DNA from: a virus
Length of the DNA: 64,000 nucleotides
Virus record (IMG/VR): IMGVR_UViG_3300040856_003274
Coordinates: 96,001-160,000 of that record
Direction: 5' to 3' (one strand)
Positions 18,796 to 29,546 of this stretch are shown one piece after another. Every line of letters begins with the position of its first letter. Within the stretch, counting starts at the first letter, position 1. The notes under the pieces were generated by a model. The model worked only from the letters and a program-made list of their open reading frames with translations. It made no database searches and was not told where the DNA came from. Made by a program: the position numbers and the translations under genes.

Positions 18796-21700
18796 TCGTC
18801 CTCCCCGAAAAGGTCAGAGATATTATCAGCTCGGTTATTCGCGTTATCGACAGCTTGATTAAAGCCATTGATGACAGCCTGTATTGGGTTTTCTTTATCA
18901 GGCCGATTACCACCTATTGAAGTCCCCCTAAGGAGGTCTTGACGCTCCTTCCAACGGCCTGATACTTGAGCGACTTGATCCTTAGACCATGCCGTGATTT
19001 GATCGACACCCTCAATGGCGATGAAGTTTTCTCCGTTAAAAGCCTCGATCTCAAACAACTCTTCAGCGGCTCGGAAAGAGCTCGGAGCTCTCAAGTCATG
19101 TAAAGGCTGTATATCTGTTAACCTCAACGCGTTGTTGGCAGGGCTAATCTTTGTCGGAGCATTGCGTCGATCTACGACTAAGTTTCTTAAGCCCTGAACG
19201 ATTTGCTCGTCTCTAGTAAGACTGCCGTCTGTGCGGGAGCCTAACTCTGCGAGAAAGTCTGAGACTTTAGATGCCTTTGTGCCTGCTTCAGCACTCGTAA
19301 GACCGCTTTTCAAGCGCACCTCTAAGTCTGACTGAGCATCGCCTTTGGAGGAAGTATAGACGGCTTTGATTAAGCCATCTACAATCTCAGGGTCTGCGTT
19401 ACTGAGAGGGTCATAGTCATAGCCCCCCGCGAGCTTAGACCAGTTAGCCCCAGGCTCTATGGAGAGCCCTCTACCGTAAGGGAAAGAGCCTATAACCTCA
19501 TAACCCCCATTGTCGGATACAGGAAAAACAGGAGTTTGTACGTCCACCTTTTCCGTCTCCTCAGTTTTTTCTTTTCGGGTTAAAGTTTTGAAGAGGGTGT
19601 TTAAAATCTTCCCGCTTGTAATGTTAAACACTGCTGCGCCTTTTCTGATAATATGTATATGGGTTGAGTTTCGTTTCAACCTCTGTTCCTTAGTTAGAGT
19701 TTGGCCCTCATTAGGAGCGAACTCAACAAGGTTAGGGTTTTCTATCGTCTCTATTATCCAAACTTGAGCCCACTTTGCGCTGTAATACTTTGCCATGTAC
19801 TTCGCAAGGTAACTCAGGAATGAGCGGAAGTGCTTTAAGCCTGTTGCTTTGAAAGCCTCTCCCACAGTGAGGCTAGTCAAGTCTACCCCCTTGCGGAACA
19901 CTTCTATCTCTTCTTCAGTACCGATTAGAGCATCTCTGTCATAGTTATCGGTGTTATTTTCGAGGTTTGATAAGCTGGAGGTATCTTCGTAATCTTCTAG
20001 TAACTCTTCATCAAAAACCCCTAACAGAGCGGTGCTTAGAGGCTCCTCGCTATCTTTCCTCAGCTTTTTCCTGTAGAGCGCCGTCAAAGACCGCGTTAAG
20101 GCGCTTTGAGCCCGAACGCTGTCAAAGACCCTCTTATTTTTTATACTTATCTGCTTAGACTTGTAGCTCATATTGTGATCTTGGAAAGAGATCGCTCTTA
20201 TGTCGTGAGTCGGTGTCTCTTCCTTTTTCTTACCTGCCTTTAAGATTACGAGCCCTCTCTTCACGGAGCTACCTGCGAGCTCGATCTCACCATAGTTTTT
20301 AGTGTCGATCCCAACGCTCTCGAAAGGGTTAATGAGGTTTGGAGTGGACTTAAACTGCTTCGGCGCAACAACACCAATAAGATTAGCCTCTTTGACGAAA
20401 CCTTCTCTAATGTCTACACCATCAGAACTTGTCTCTCCTTCCATGCCCATTCCTGGCGTGTTACGAACAGGGGAGACTCCTTGTTGCTCAGGGTTAGGGT
20501 GCGCAGAGGAGTAATATCGGTAAGAGCCAGCTATAGAGTCGTTTGTAAACTGAGATTTCATATCCGAGAGCACTTCAAGCAGAGTCGCAGAGCGGTCTAC
20601 ATCTTCACCGCCTCTAACTTGAGAGGACACTTGCTCAAACAGCTCAAAGAAGCCGAACCCTTGACTCGCCTGTGAGCCCTGTCTCTGTTGCTTTAGCTCT
20701 GTGTCAAGGCTGAGGATTTTCTCGTCTATTCGTGCGAGCTTAGCTTTGAGCTTTGTTAGCTTCGCGCTCGCTTTTCTAATTTTAGCCTGTTCCTTACTAG
20801 AGTCTAGGCTGTCTATGTTAGCCTGCTCCCTAAAGATTTGACCCTCAAGCGTAGCCTTTTGCTCTACAAGACCTTCTTTCCTTCGCTTGCGCCTTTTGCT
20901 TTTAGGTATCCCATAAAGCTCTTGGTCGGTTCGCTCTAAGGTTGTTCCGTACTCTTTCGCCTGAGTAACGATTTCTTGGACATTAAACATAACATCCTGC
21001 TCATCGTCATAAGAGACTTTATAGTAGTTGTAGATGTCTTTGTCGTAGATGCCTGATGGCACTACAGGGCTGATAATATTAAGGCTCTCCGCTTTCCTTA
21101 TAAGATTAAGGACAACATTACGGTCTTTATAATCTGTCCCGTCATCGGTAACGTAAAACAAAGGATTAACAAGAGTCGGGTCGAGCGCCATTACTACGTT
21201 CGGGAAGCCTACTTCTTTAGGGTGGTTATCCTTTGAGGTGATGATAGGCGTTGGGGGAAGGTCTAATCTCGACAAGTCCACAGTATCTACCGCAGAGGCT
21301 CCTCGCGAAGCCTCTCTCGTATTTCGAGGTGCGTGAAACTTTCTTCTCCGCGCTGTGAGTTGTAAGGAGGTCGTACATTGACCTCCATAAGAGAAGCTGT
21401 GGCTGAGGCTCTCTACGTAATAAAAAGTGTCTATGTGTGAAATATAAACAGGGTAGCCAGCTCTAAGCTCAGGTCTAAAAGGTATTGTGAGGCTCGCGGT
21501 ATTCATCTTCGAGTTAGCAACAGCCATTTTCGCAACTGCCGCGAAGAAAGCTGACTTAGGAGTGTTGTAATAGTGAGTCTCAAAGTCGCCCTGTCGCCAG
21601 CCATATTGGGCGACAAGTCGGTAGTCTACATAGCGCCCTGAGACACCCCATTCGCCTTCCATCCCTAAGCCCTGTATCTGTTGCCAATGTCCTGCCCTCA

Positions 21701-22970
21701 CTACGTAGTAAGTCGCTTCGGGCTCGTTTTCGGTGAAGCTGAGGTTAATGATGTCTTCAGGCTCTATGCGATATACTCTACTCGCTGAGGTGTCTAAGTT
21801 GTAAAACGGAGGTTTGAATACTAAGTCTCCGTCCATATCTTGATAAAACTCGAAGTCCGTCATCTCCTTAATCTTATTCGCCATGTCCATCTTAGACTCG
21901 TAAGTGGACTCAAAGAAGTTAACACTACCCCATGCGCTCACGTCATCTACATAAGCTGAGATTTCAACAGGTGACACAGTAAAGCTAGGTAGCACCGCCG
22001 CGATTTGATCAGCGCCTCCTACAATCTTACCTGTCTCAGGGTTTACTCTAATCAAACCCAAGTCGTAAGCGGCTCGGAGCACAGAGCTGGCTTCCATATA
22101 TTTAAACTCTGTGCCTACGCGAGAGTTTTTAATAAGGTTCTTAGCTTGGCTTCGGTTAAGCCCTGAGAGGAAGGCTTGTTGGGTCGCGGAGTAGAGCTGA
22201 CCCGACGCGCCGTACATCCTTAAGCCGTAAAGCCGAGTAGAGAACCTGCGTTTCCAATACTCTAAGTTGATTGAGTAAAGGTCTTGGTTTTGGAATGTCG
22301 CGTTAATGTTAGTCTTTTGAGAGAAAGTCCAAGAGACACCGTGTGCCGCGCCTTGGAAATCGCGATACAGGGTATACAAAACCTCGTAGGCATTCTTGTT
22401 AGCGAAGTTATGCCCTCTCAAGGTAGTGCGGATACCTGAGTTTGTAGGCCGAGCGCCGAAGACCGACCCGCTCGTAGAGATATATTGATAGCTCCAAAAG
22501 TGTAGCATAGAGCTACAGCTTAGAGACGCGGAGTAGTTACCTCCGCTGTAGTCAAAAGAAACGCTCGTCACCACACCGTGGAAGATGTGGTAGTAGGGAT
22601 ACTGAGGTAACTCTTCGCTCTGTTTTAGCCCTTCTACTTTAACGAGCCCTTTTGTGGGGAAATAGCCTCTAGCATAGATATGTACCTCCATGCCTGTATG
22701 AAAGATGATCCCTCCGTCTTTGTATATCTTAGCACTCTCAAAGCGCGGGATTGAGAGCGTAAGGGAAGCTGAGGTCGCACCGCTCTCTACTCCGCCGTCT
22801 ACACTGATTTGGGTGACATACTTTTGAATGTCGAACCTAATATTACCGCCGTCTGCTCCAGGTAGCTCTGCCATACCGTTAAGGTAAACTAGAGCGTCAG
22901 GGGTGTAGCTGACTATTTTCTTGCTGTTGGGTCGCCATGTACCCGAATACGGCCTATTAGCGTTAGACAT
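18792..22970 (-). CDS. baseplate hub protein (gp27/late control D-like) with long C-terminal extension
   Basis: 'IFHGVVTSVSFDY', 'FEFYQDMDGDLVFKPPFY', 'QYGWR', 'RPELRAGYPVY...YYVESLSHSFSYGGQCTTSLQL' are typical of the phage hub fold; lies between the tube initiators and the spike. Confidence 0.75.
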   Translation of the reverse strand: MSNANRPYSGTWRPNSKKIVSYTPDALVYLNGMAELPGADGGNIRFDIQKYVTQISVDGGVESGATSASLTLSIPRFESAKIYKDGGIIFHTGMEVHIYARGYFPTKGLVKVEGLKQSEELPQYPYYHIFHGVVTSVSFDYSGGNYSASLSCSSMLHFWSYQYISTSGSVFGARPTNSGIRTTLRGHNFANKNAYEVLYTLYRDFQGAAHGVSWTFSQKTNINATFQNQDLYSINLEYWKRRFSTRLYGLRMYGASGQLYSATQQAFLSGLNRSQAKNLIKNSRVGTEFKYMEASSVLRAAYDLGLIRVNPETGKIVGGADQIAAVLPSFTVSPVEISAYVDDVSAWGSVNFFESTYESKMDMANKIKEMTDFEFYQDMDGDLVFKPPFYNLDTSASRVYRIEPEDIINLSFTENEPEATYYVVRAGHWQQIQGLGMEGEWGVSGRYVDYRLVAQYGWRQGDFETHYYNTPKSAFFAAVAKMAVANSKMNTASLTIPFRPELRAGYPVYISHIDTFYYVESLSHSFSYGGQCTTSLQLTARRRKFHAPRNTREASRGASAVDTVDLSRLDLPPTPIITSKDNHPKEVGFPNVVMALDPTLVNPLFYVTDDGTDYKDRNVVLNLIRKAESLNIISPVVPSGIYDKDIYNYYKVSYDDEQDVMFNVQEIVTQAKEYGTTLERTDQELYGIPKSKRRKRRKEGLVEQKATLEGQIFREQANIDSLDSSKEQAKIRKASAKLTKLKAKLARIDEKILSLDTELKQQRQGSQASQGFGFFELFEQVSSQVRGGEDVDRSATLLEVLSDMKSQFTNDSIAGSYRYYSSAHPNPEQQGVSPVRNTPGMGMEGETSSDGVDIREGFVKEANLIGVVAPKQFKSTPNLINPFESVGIDTKNYGEIELAGSSVKRGLVILKAGKKKEETPTHDIRAISFQDHNMSYKSKQISIKNKRVFDSVRAQSALTRSLTALYRKKLRKDSEEPLSTALLGVFDEELLEDYEDTSSLSNLENNTDNYDRDALIGTEEEIEVFRKGVDLTSLTVGEAFKATGLKHFRSFLSYLAKYMAKYYSAKWAQVWIIETIENPNLVEFAPNEGQTLTKEQRLKRNSTHIHIIRKGAAVFNITSGKILNTLFKTLTRKEKTEETEKVDVQTPVFPVSDNGGYEVIGSFPYGRGLSIEPGANWSKLAGGYDYDPLSNADPEIVDGLIKAVYTSSKGDAQSDLEVRLKSGLTSAEAGTKASKVSDFLAELGSRTDGSLTRDEQIVQGLRNLVVDRRNAPTKISPANNALRLTDIQPLHDLRAPSSFRAAEELFEIEAFNGENFIAIEGVDQITAWSKDQVAQVSGRWKERQDLLRGTSIGGNRPDKENPIQAVINGFNQAVDNANNRADNISDLFGEDE

Positions 22971-22983
22971 TTGTTAAGCTCTC

Positions 22984-24267
22984 TTAAGTGTTAAGGACGA
23001 AACCCGTACCGCCAGGTACATCTTCTTCTTCCTCTTCAGCAGGTGCAGAGGTGAAGAGCGCCCCTGATGTTTGGAAACCACTGTCAACGACAGGATTAGG
23101 AGGCGGAGTAGCTGAAACAGGGTTACTTAAAATCCTCTTCGCCTGTGCTGACTTATACCTAGAGACTGAAGCGGTGTCTGAAGAGAAGTCCAGCATTTTT
23201 TTCACCTCAAACTCAAAGCTAAACTCTAAGCCTCCCATTTGCTTCTCTTCGGAAAACCCGTAAGAAAAGCTCTTCATTGTCCCTAGATAAGCGATCTGAT
23301 CGTACTCAAGCACGACTTTGCCTGCCATAAGATTAGCCTTGGAGCGCCCTATCGTGTCTCTTATCAGAGCCCCGTTGTTGTAAATATTAAGCAACGTGAT
23401 GAGTTGCTGGTAAGCCGCTGAGTGGTTGCGAGAAGCATACTGAACACCTGACGGCACGCGAGTTTCTGTTTCTCTAACACCGCTTCCTAAAGACGTAAGA
23501 TTAGGCGGTAAGATTGCCACCTCGTCTGCGGTAATCCCTTGAGTAGTGTTTCTTACTCCTGACGCAAAAGCTCCAATCACACCTGAGATAGATAGCGTCG
23601 GCAACCCTTCTCCCCATGCTTGATAAACAAAACCTGTTCTCGTAGCTTCGGAGTAGTTTTGTATGCGCTGATATTGAAGCTGAAAGCTGTTAGGGTTGAT
23701 TAACATTAATAACGGAGGTGTATCCGCCATTTTTTTAATTTGACGGAGAGTCTCTATCACCATCCTTTGATCTATAAAACCTGCTTGCTTCGAGGCGAGC
23801 CCCGTAGACTCGCGCTGGTAGCTCTCTTCAACTGAAGAAACTCTACGGTAAGCATTAGAGGCGATCCCCGACATTACGGTAGCATCGGCCTGCTCAAGAG
23901 CATAGTAGGTCAAGTCACTTGTAATAGAGCCTTGTCCCCTACCTGAGTTTAGGTAATCGTTTTTTGCGACTTTAGTCACTGAGCTGAAAGCGACACCTGA
24001 AGACCTAAATGAAGGGCTACCTCCAAAGTCGTAATCTTCTACTAATCTTAAGTTTTCTTGTAGATACCCATCATCAAGACCTCCCGAAGCGACTACACCG
24101 TCTAGTATTGTAGGGAGAGCCAAAGAAACCGTGAAGGGTGAATACTTCCTCAGTCTCTCAATGGAGCTGTCTATGGGCATTGAGTTAGGGTCTGACTCGT
24201 AAACTTGTCGGTATGAGGGGTCTTGCGCTAGCCCTTCAAATAAGCCCATATGTTGTACGCTGTTCAT
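22984..24267 (-). CDS. tail tube initiator/baseplate protein (tube-like fold, gp48/gp54-like), paralogue 2
   Basis: C-terminal half 'LMLINPNSFQLQY...QAWGEGLPTLSISG...YLGTMKSFSYGFSEE...FSFEFEV' aligns by eye with the 24264-24905 protein. Confidence 0.6.
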   Translation of the reverse strand: MNSVQHMGLFEGLAQDPSYRQVYESDPNSMPIDSSIERLRKYSPFTVSLALPTILDGVVASGGLDDGYLQENLRLVEDYDFGGSPSFRSSGVAFSSVTKVAKNDYLNSGRGQGSITSDLTYYALEQADATVMSGIASNAYRRVSSVEESYQRESTGLASKQAGFIDQRMVIETLRQIKKMADTPPLLMLINPNSFQLQYQRIQNYSEATRTGFVYQAWGEGLPTLSISGVIGAFASGVRNTTQGITADEVAILPPNLTSLGSGVRETETRVPSGVQYASRNHSAAYQQLITLLNIYNNGALIRDTIGRSKANLMAGKVVLEYDQIAYLGTMKSFSYGFSEEKQMGGLEFSFEFEVKKMLDFSSDTASVSRYKSAQAKRILSNPVSATPPPNPVVDSGFQTSGALFTSAPAEEEEEDVPGGTGFVLNT

Positions 24268-24905
24268 CGACCTTGCCCCCCTACATTAAGCGTGCGTCTG
24301 TGCTCTTCTCTGTAGACTTGAAAAGACATGCTGTACTCGAAGCTGTAAGGTTTATCCGCGCTCTCGGTAACGCTAAAGTTTTCAAACCAGCCGTAATAGT
24401 CAGACCCGTCAAATGACAGCTTGACATACCCTTGAAAAGCGATTTGACCATTCTTAGAGTAGATCGCTCCGTTGTTATGGAACAGTGCTAAGAGGTCTAA
24501 AAACTTGTCGTAGGCGATGGTGTCTCTTCTTGAGCCCCCTAAATCAATCCCTTTTATAGAATCGGGAAGCCTCGCGTTGCTAGGCCCTAATCCTGTAACA
24601 GAAGTGATCCCTGTGTAGGCTCTCATAAAGCCTCCCGTAGAGCCTTGTATGTCTATTGAGGCAGGCTGGTTGCCCCAGTGTTGTTCTATGAAGCCTCCAA
24701 GGGTCTGTATCGCTTCAGATTGTCTTGTGTAGCTAATACTGAGGCTACTAGGGTTGACGTGGAGGACGAGCTTAAGATTATCAGGTAATAAGCTCGTCAA
24801 GCCGTCAGGCGATATGAGGTCAAAGATGACGGGACGTATGCCTCTACCTGAGTATTGATCAGAAGGGCTATTAAAAGCACTCTTGATTGCGTAAGACTCA
24901 GCCAT
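24264..24905 (-). CDS. tail tube initiator/baseplate protein (tube-like fold, gp48/gp54-like), paralogue 1
   Basis: 'LVLHVNPSSLSISY...QTLGGFIEQHWG...YYGWFENFSVTESADKPYSFEYSMSFQV'; directly after the tape measure gene. Confidence 0.65.
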   Translation of the reverse strand: MAESYAIKSAFNSPSDQYSGRGIRPVIFDLISPDGLTSLLPDNLKLVLHVNPSSLSISYTRQSEAIQTLGGFIEQHWGNQPASIDIQGSTGGFMRAYTGITSVTGLGPSNARLPDSIKGIDLGGSRRDTIAYDKFLDLLALFHNNGAIYSKNGQIAFQGYVKLSFDGSDYYGWFENFSVTESADKPYSFEYSMSFQVYREEHRRTLNVGGQGR

Positions 24906-24924
24906 AGGTTACTCCCTTTGTTAT

Positions 24925-27900
24925 TTATGAGTAGAGTGAAGAGGTTCGACCGCCTCCACCAAGACCTCTCGATTTCTCAGCCGCGAGGACTTTTCTTACG
25001 GTACGGGTAACCGTAATAGGGTCACCCATAATATTTATTATAACATTAGAGTTTCCACCCCTACCGCCAGCGCCACCGAAACGACCTGCCCTATCAAACA
25101 CACCGTTAGGCTTACCGTACACGACACCCATAGCGCGGTCGAACGAGTTAATCGGAGTAACAACACCGTTACCATAGCCGTCACCTTGGTAAACAAAATC
25201 ACCTGCGCTTGGCTTTACTTTAGGATCTCCTACATTGGAGGCTGTGGGTAATGTACTACCTGGGGTAGCCAAGTTAGTGAAACGCTTAGCCGCTTCTCGG
25301 TGTTCATAGTAATGGTCAAATCCTTGACCAAAACCTTTTGTTTCTTTTACGCGCTTCAATATTTTCATCGCTTCTTCCCCGCTATAGCCTTCACTAACTA
25401 ACCTTTCAAACGCCCTCTCTACTTGTTCGTCATCTTTAATGTCTTTTAAAAGCTCCTTCATCTCTTTGTTAACAGTTAATCCTTCCTTTGCTACCTTCCC
25501 CTGTTTTTCCGCTTCCTTTACTTGGTTGTTTATTTGTGTTTCTAAATATGGGATGTTAGTCTCTATCGTATTACCCCAACCTTGGTTTAAATCTTCTATT
25601 GTCGCCTCATGTTTAGTCGCGATCTTTTCTCTGAGGTCATCTTTACCCGCCCTGACTTTTGCGAGCCCCTCATCAAGTTTTTCTCGTTTCCCCCTAATCG
25701 CGGCTATCCTTTTTTCCCTCTCTTCAGGGTGTAAGTCCTTGTCTTTTGCGACCTCGGACTCTTCTTTCCGAGTCTCCTCAATCTGCTTCTCTAAAGTTTT
25801 AATAGCTCTGTCGTAAGCACCGTAAAGCTCTTGCGCTCTCTTTTTCCCTGTACTATCGAGATTACCTCCAACAAAGAAATTTAAGATTGAGTCAAGGGTG
25901 CTGTATATCCCCTGTAGGAAATATGTGACTCCCATCTCAATACGTTGAGCGATATCTACTGTATTGTTGGCGATCTGCTCAGAGAGCTCTAAGTTTCTGT
26001 CTCTTTGCTCAGTAGCTTTAGTTAACACTCCTTCATTAAGGCGCATGAAAGCATCGAAGCTGGCTTTACCTAAATCTTTCTCCCCCACTATTTTGCCCGT
26101 ATCTTTATTATATTGGGCTTGTATCAGTTTCCCTTGTTTATCTATGTAAGCGCCATACTTTTCTATTTGAGCTATTTTTTTGTCAGTAGTGTCGGCTTTG
26201 CCCTCTCTTTGGAGGAGGTCAAAGTCTCCCCTTAAGCCGTCAATAGCCGCAATAAAAGAGTCCGTCTGTTCTCCGCTATATCCCATCTGCTCTTCTAAGA
26301 AAGATCGGTACACGATAGATGCTTGGCTGTCTGTGTTGAGCTGTCTTACATCAGTAAGCCCGAACCGCTTCATCATCGCTTGCTGTGCTTTGAGGAAACC
26401 TGTCATACCGAGAGCACCTGCCGACACCGCCCCACCTGATCTACCCTGCGTACCCACATGAAGCTGTAAGATTTGACCGATCTCCTTAGCTAAACCGACA
26501 GCCATGTCGCTCCCTCCGTCTTGTTGACGGATCGCGGCTAAGAGTCTAGAGCGTTCTTCGACGCTTACGCTCCTGAGAGCTTTTGACAGAGCCTTTTCAT
26601 TAGAGGTGTCAACTTCACCTAAACCTGCGGTTTTGAAAGCCTCTGCTAAAAGTTTGCCTTGATCCTTAGAGCGGCTAACATTACCGACCCTCGCCCCATA
26701 CTCTTGAGAGAAGATTTCTTTACGAGCTTTATCTCCCATCATCATCATCGCTTTGTAGTTTTCCTTAACTCCCTGACCCTTGAAGCCCTGAGCTAGCTTC
26801 TTGAGCAAGCCACTCTCTTCAAGACCACGCGCCCCTAATATCTTTCCTAATCTCGTCGCAAAGAAAGCGGCTTCCTCGATGCGAGTGTTATAAACTCCCA
26901 TACCAGTAGTCGCTTGTAAGACCATAGAGTAGAAGCGTTTAACTCCAAAACCGCTTTGCATAGCCTGATCGGTAATCGCGGCAAATCTTACGGCAATATC
27001 TTCGAGGCTGTAACCATAACGCTCTGTAATAGAAGCAACGTCTTCTACAGAAGCACCTAGTATACGTTGCTGGGCGGTCATGTGTTGGATAACTTTAACG
27101 TAAGCCGCTTCTGAGTCTTTAGCGTCGGTCATCGCCCCTTTCATTTCTTTAAGGGTAATACCTGCCGCCTGGAACTCTGCTACCATACCCATAGCCGCCT
27201 CTGCGGTAACCCCTAAGCCTTGGCTAAGGTAGAGGTCATTAACTCCCTCTCTAATGTCACGGAGGCTAGCATTAAGGCTTACAGACTCATCCCCTAAAGT
27301 ATTAACGAGAGCATCAGCACCGCTCGCTGATTCTAAGAAAGCCTTGTTGAGTTGCTTCCCTGCTGACTCGATATCTATAATGAAAGAGATAACATTAGCG
27401 AAGCCTTTAGCGAGTGCTCCGAATATTCTTAAGGCAGGGCCGAAAGACTTGAGCAACTTACCTATCATGCCGAAAACCTTAGCACTCGCTCCTGCACCCT
27501 TTTGAGTACCTCTGCCCTCTAATGTTCTGCCGAAGTCTCCAGCTTTGCTCAAGCTCTCCCCTATACCTTTTAGGTCACGGTTTTTGAGCTTAGATAGGAA
27601 GTCTCCTAAACCTCCCGTCATCATATCAGCGGCAGTGGCTATGTTTTCAGAGGCATCTGCGAGAGGGTTCTTACCACCTCTTTGATTAAACTGCTTATTG
27701 AGCTCCGCAACAGCTTCAGCTTCTTTCTTGTATATCTTTAAGCGGTCATCAACCTCTTGCTTAGCCTCTTCGGTAATACCCTGCATAAGCTCAAGAGACT
27801 TTTTAGCCCTCTCTCTCTCTAATCTCGCTCCGTTCTTATAAAATTCCTGATCTGCTTTATTTTTAGCCTTGTTTGACTCCTCTAATAAGAATTCTGCTGA

Positions 27901-28341
27901 CTCAAGGTGTCGATAATAGTTCTGCCTATGATCTTCTGCCATACGCATTTTTCGCTTGTATGCCCAGCTCAAGTCCACGATCTCATTTCTGTGTAGCTCT
28001 TTCGATTTTTCGTAAGCCACTTTCAGACTCGCTAAGTAGTCTCCCCCAAAGTCTACTTTTGAATGAGCCGCGCTGAGCTCCCTCATCATCCTGCTTTGAT
28101 ATTCTGCAAACTCTCTTAGGTTTGCCCCTGCTTTAGTAAAAGCCTCTTTAAAGGTATCCGAAAATTGCTTAAGCACTTGTTTATTTTTAAGCGCCCAGTT
28201 TTCTTCTGCTCGGCTCATCGTTTTGAGCCTACCGACATAATCCTTATAAAGCGCCTCCATATTACGCTTAAACTCAGCAGTAGATTTCTTTTGGTGTTCT
28301 TCGGTAAATCTCTCGCCTGCTTCAATCACTTGATTTGGCAT
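24925..28341 (-). CDS. tail tape measure protein
   Basis: 1138 aa, helical and Ala/Gly/Lys-rich, with a central hydrophobic stretch and a Gly-rich C-terminus; canonical position after tube and chaperones. Confidence 0.75.
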   Translation of the reverse strand: MPNQVIEAGERFTEEHQKKSTAEFKRNMEALYKDYVGRLKTMSRAEENWALKNKQVLKQFSDTFKEAFTKAGANLREFAEYQSRMMRELSAAHSKVDFGGDYLASLKVAYEKSKELHRNEIVDLSWAYKRKMRMAEDHRQNYYRHLESAEFLLEESNKAKNKADQEFYKNGARLERERAKKSLELMQGITEEAKQEVDDRLKIYKKEAEAVAELNKQFNQRGGKNPLADASENIATAADMMTGGLGDFLSKLKNRDLKGIGESLSKAGDFGRTLEGRGTQKGAGASAKVFGMIGKLLKSFGPALRIFGALAKGFANVISFIIDIESAGKQLNKAFLESASGADALVNTLGDESVSLNASLRDIREGVNDLYLSQGLGVTAEAAMGMVAEFQAAGITLKEMKGAMTDAKDSEAAYVKVIQHMTAQQRILGASVEDVASITERYGYSLEDIAVRFAAITDQAMQSGFGVKRFYSMVLQATTGMGVYNTRIEEAAFFATRLGKILGARGLEESGLLKKLAQGFKGQGVKENYKAMMMMGDKARKEIFSQEYGARVGNVSRSKDQGKLLAEAFKTAGLGEVDTSNEKALSKALRSVSVEERSRLLAAIRQQDGGSDMAVGLAKEIGQILQLHVGTQGRSGGAVSAGALGMTGFLKAQQAMMKRFGLTDVRQLNTDSQASIVYRSFLEEQMGYSGEQTDSFIAAIDGLRGDFDLLQREGKADTTDKKIAQIEKYGAYIDKQGKLIQAQYNKDTGKIVGEKDLGKASFDAFMRLNEGVLTKATEQRDRNLELSEQIANNTVDIAQRIEMGVTYFLQGIYSTLDSILNFFVGGNLDSTGKKRAQELYGAYDRAIKTLEKQIEETRKEESEVAKDKDLHPEEREKRIAAIRGKREKLDEGLAKVRAGKDDLREKIATKHEATIEDLNQGWGNTIETNIPYLETQINNQVKEAEKQGKVAKEGLTVNKEMKELLKDIKDDEQVERAFERLVSEGYSGEEAMKILKRVKETKGFGQGFDHYYEHREAAKRFTNLATPGSTLPTASNVGDPKVKPSAGDFVYQGDGYGNGVVTPINSFDRAMGVVYGKPNGVFDRAGRFGGAGGRGGNSNVIINIMGDPITVTRTVRKVLAAEKSRGLGGGGRTSSLYS

Positions 28342-28352
28342 AAGGATATCCC

Positions 28353-29546
28353 CTAATCATTGTCGTCTAAGATAACCCGCCTCTCTGACAAGCCCATTAA
28401 ATCTTGAGAGACGTTTGAAGAGGGCTCACTACCTTCTTTATATAGGCTCTTAAACTCTTTAGGTGCTTCATACCCTGCGTTGAACCAACGGTCGTAGACA
28501 GGGTTGACCGTCTTAGGTGCAGATATCCTATGCACTTTAGAGGTCTTCTTAATCTTAGAGGGGTCAACCGCTTCCAGCTTCGTCGCGTAGCTTTGCTCCT
28601 CTTCTGCGAGCCTAGCCTCTTCCTGAGCCTTGAGCATTTCTTGATGCCTACGGGCAAACTCCTTATCCGCGTTGCTCTTAATCTCTTCCTTGAAGTTACG
28701 GACAACCTTATCGTGTAAGTCCTCCTCGCCTGTAACCCAGCGCCTAAACTCTTCTGCTAACTCGTCAGCAGACTTAGGTTGGAATATCTTCTCCCCGTTG
28801 ACCTCTAAGACATTACCAATACCACCACTCTTGAGGAAGTCTGACTTATCCGTCTCCCCTATAAAGCGGTAGTAAGCAATATCATGCGTCCTTTGATGGT
28901 TAGCTTCATCCTCGCTAAGTTTCTTCTTATCTGCGTCTGTAATCTTTTGAACCGCTTTAGGGTTTTGAGACGACATAACCGCCTTAGTTAACTCCCACTC
29001 GCCCATGTACTGAACCCTGCTGTCTTCATGTTGATTATAAGACAGCCACACCTCTTGTATTGGGTTAAGGCTCATCTTTTCAGTGCCAGGCAGTCCTGTC
29101 ACATGACTAAGATTAGGGTAGCCTTTACCGATATCACTCCACATCTTGCGAGAGATCGTCTCGTAAAGAAAGCTCTCGATGTAAACAAAGCATTCGTTTT
29201 GCTTGGAGAAAAGCTCTAACAGTGCGTGATATATTTTGTTTATAAACGGTTGGGGCATATCCTGTAGAGTCTTGTATATCTCATAAGAGTGAGACACGCT
29301 GTCCTCTAGCAGGTATTGTCCGTCAAATAACCACACGCTATGCGCGATAGCCCACAGATACCAGTTTGAGGCGCTAGGGCTGTAACGCTCTTGTATGAGA
29401 AACAAGTCAGAGTCGTTAAGGGTACGGAGGGAAATCTGTACCCCGTTAACTAGGACTTTCTTAGTGAGGAACCCTCTCTCGATCATGGGGATGATATCTT
29501 CGTAGATCGCCTCACGTTGTTTTGAGGTAGAGGGCTCTATGATCAT
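28353..29546 (-). CDS. tail assembly chaperone-like protein 2
   Basis: N-terminal 'VLVNGVQISLRTLNDSD' resembles the N-terminus of the upstream gene; lies between tube and tape measure. Confidence 0.55.
   Translation of the reverse strand: MIIEPSTSKQREAIYEDIIPMIERGFLTKKVLVNGVQISLRTLNDSDLFLIQERYSPSASNWYLWAIAHSVWLFDGQYLLEDSVSHSYEIYKTLQDMPQPFINKIYHALLELFSKQNECFVYIESFLYETISRKMWSDIGKGYPNLSHVTGLPGTEKMSLNPIQEVWLSYNQHEDSRVQYMGEWELTKAVMSSQNPKAVQKITDADKKKLSEDEANHQRTHDIAYYRFIGETDKSDFLKSGGIGNVLEVNGEKIFQPKSADELAEEFRRWVTGEEDLHDKVVRNFKEEIKSNADKEFARRHQEMLKAQEEARLAEEEQSYATKLEAVDPSKIKKTSKVHRISAPKTVNPVYDRWFNAGYEAPKEFKSLYKEGSEPSSNVSQDLMGLSERRVILDDND

Noticed and set aside
20875-20906. PKSKRRKRRK as a nuclear localisation signal implying a eukaryotic target
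   Set aside because: Basic runs occur by chance and in nucleic-acid-binding regions; Shine-Dalgarno sites and gene content point to a prokaryotic host.
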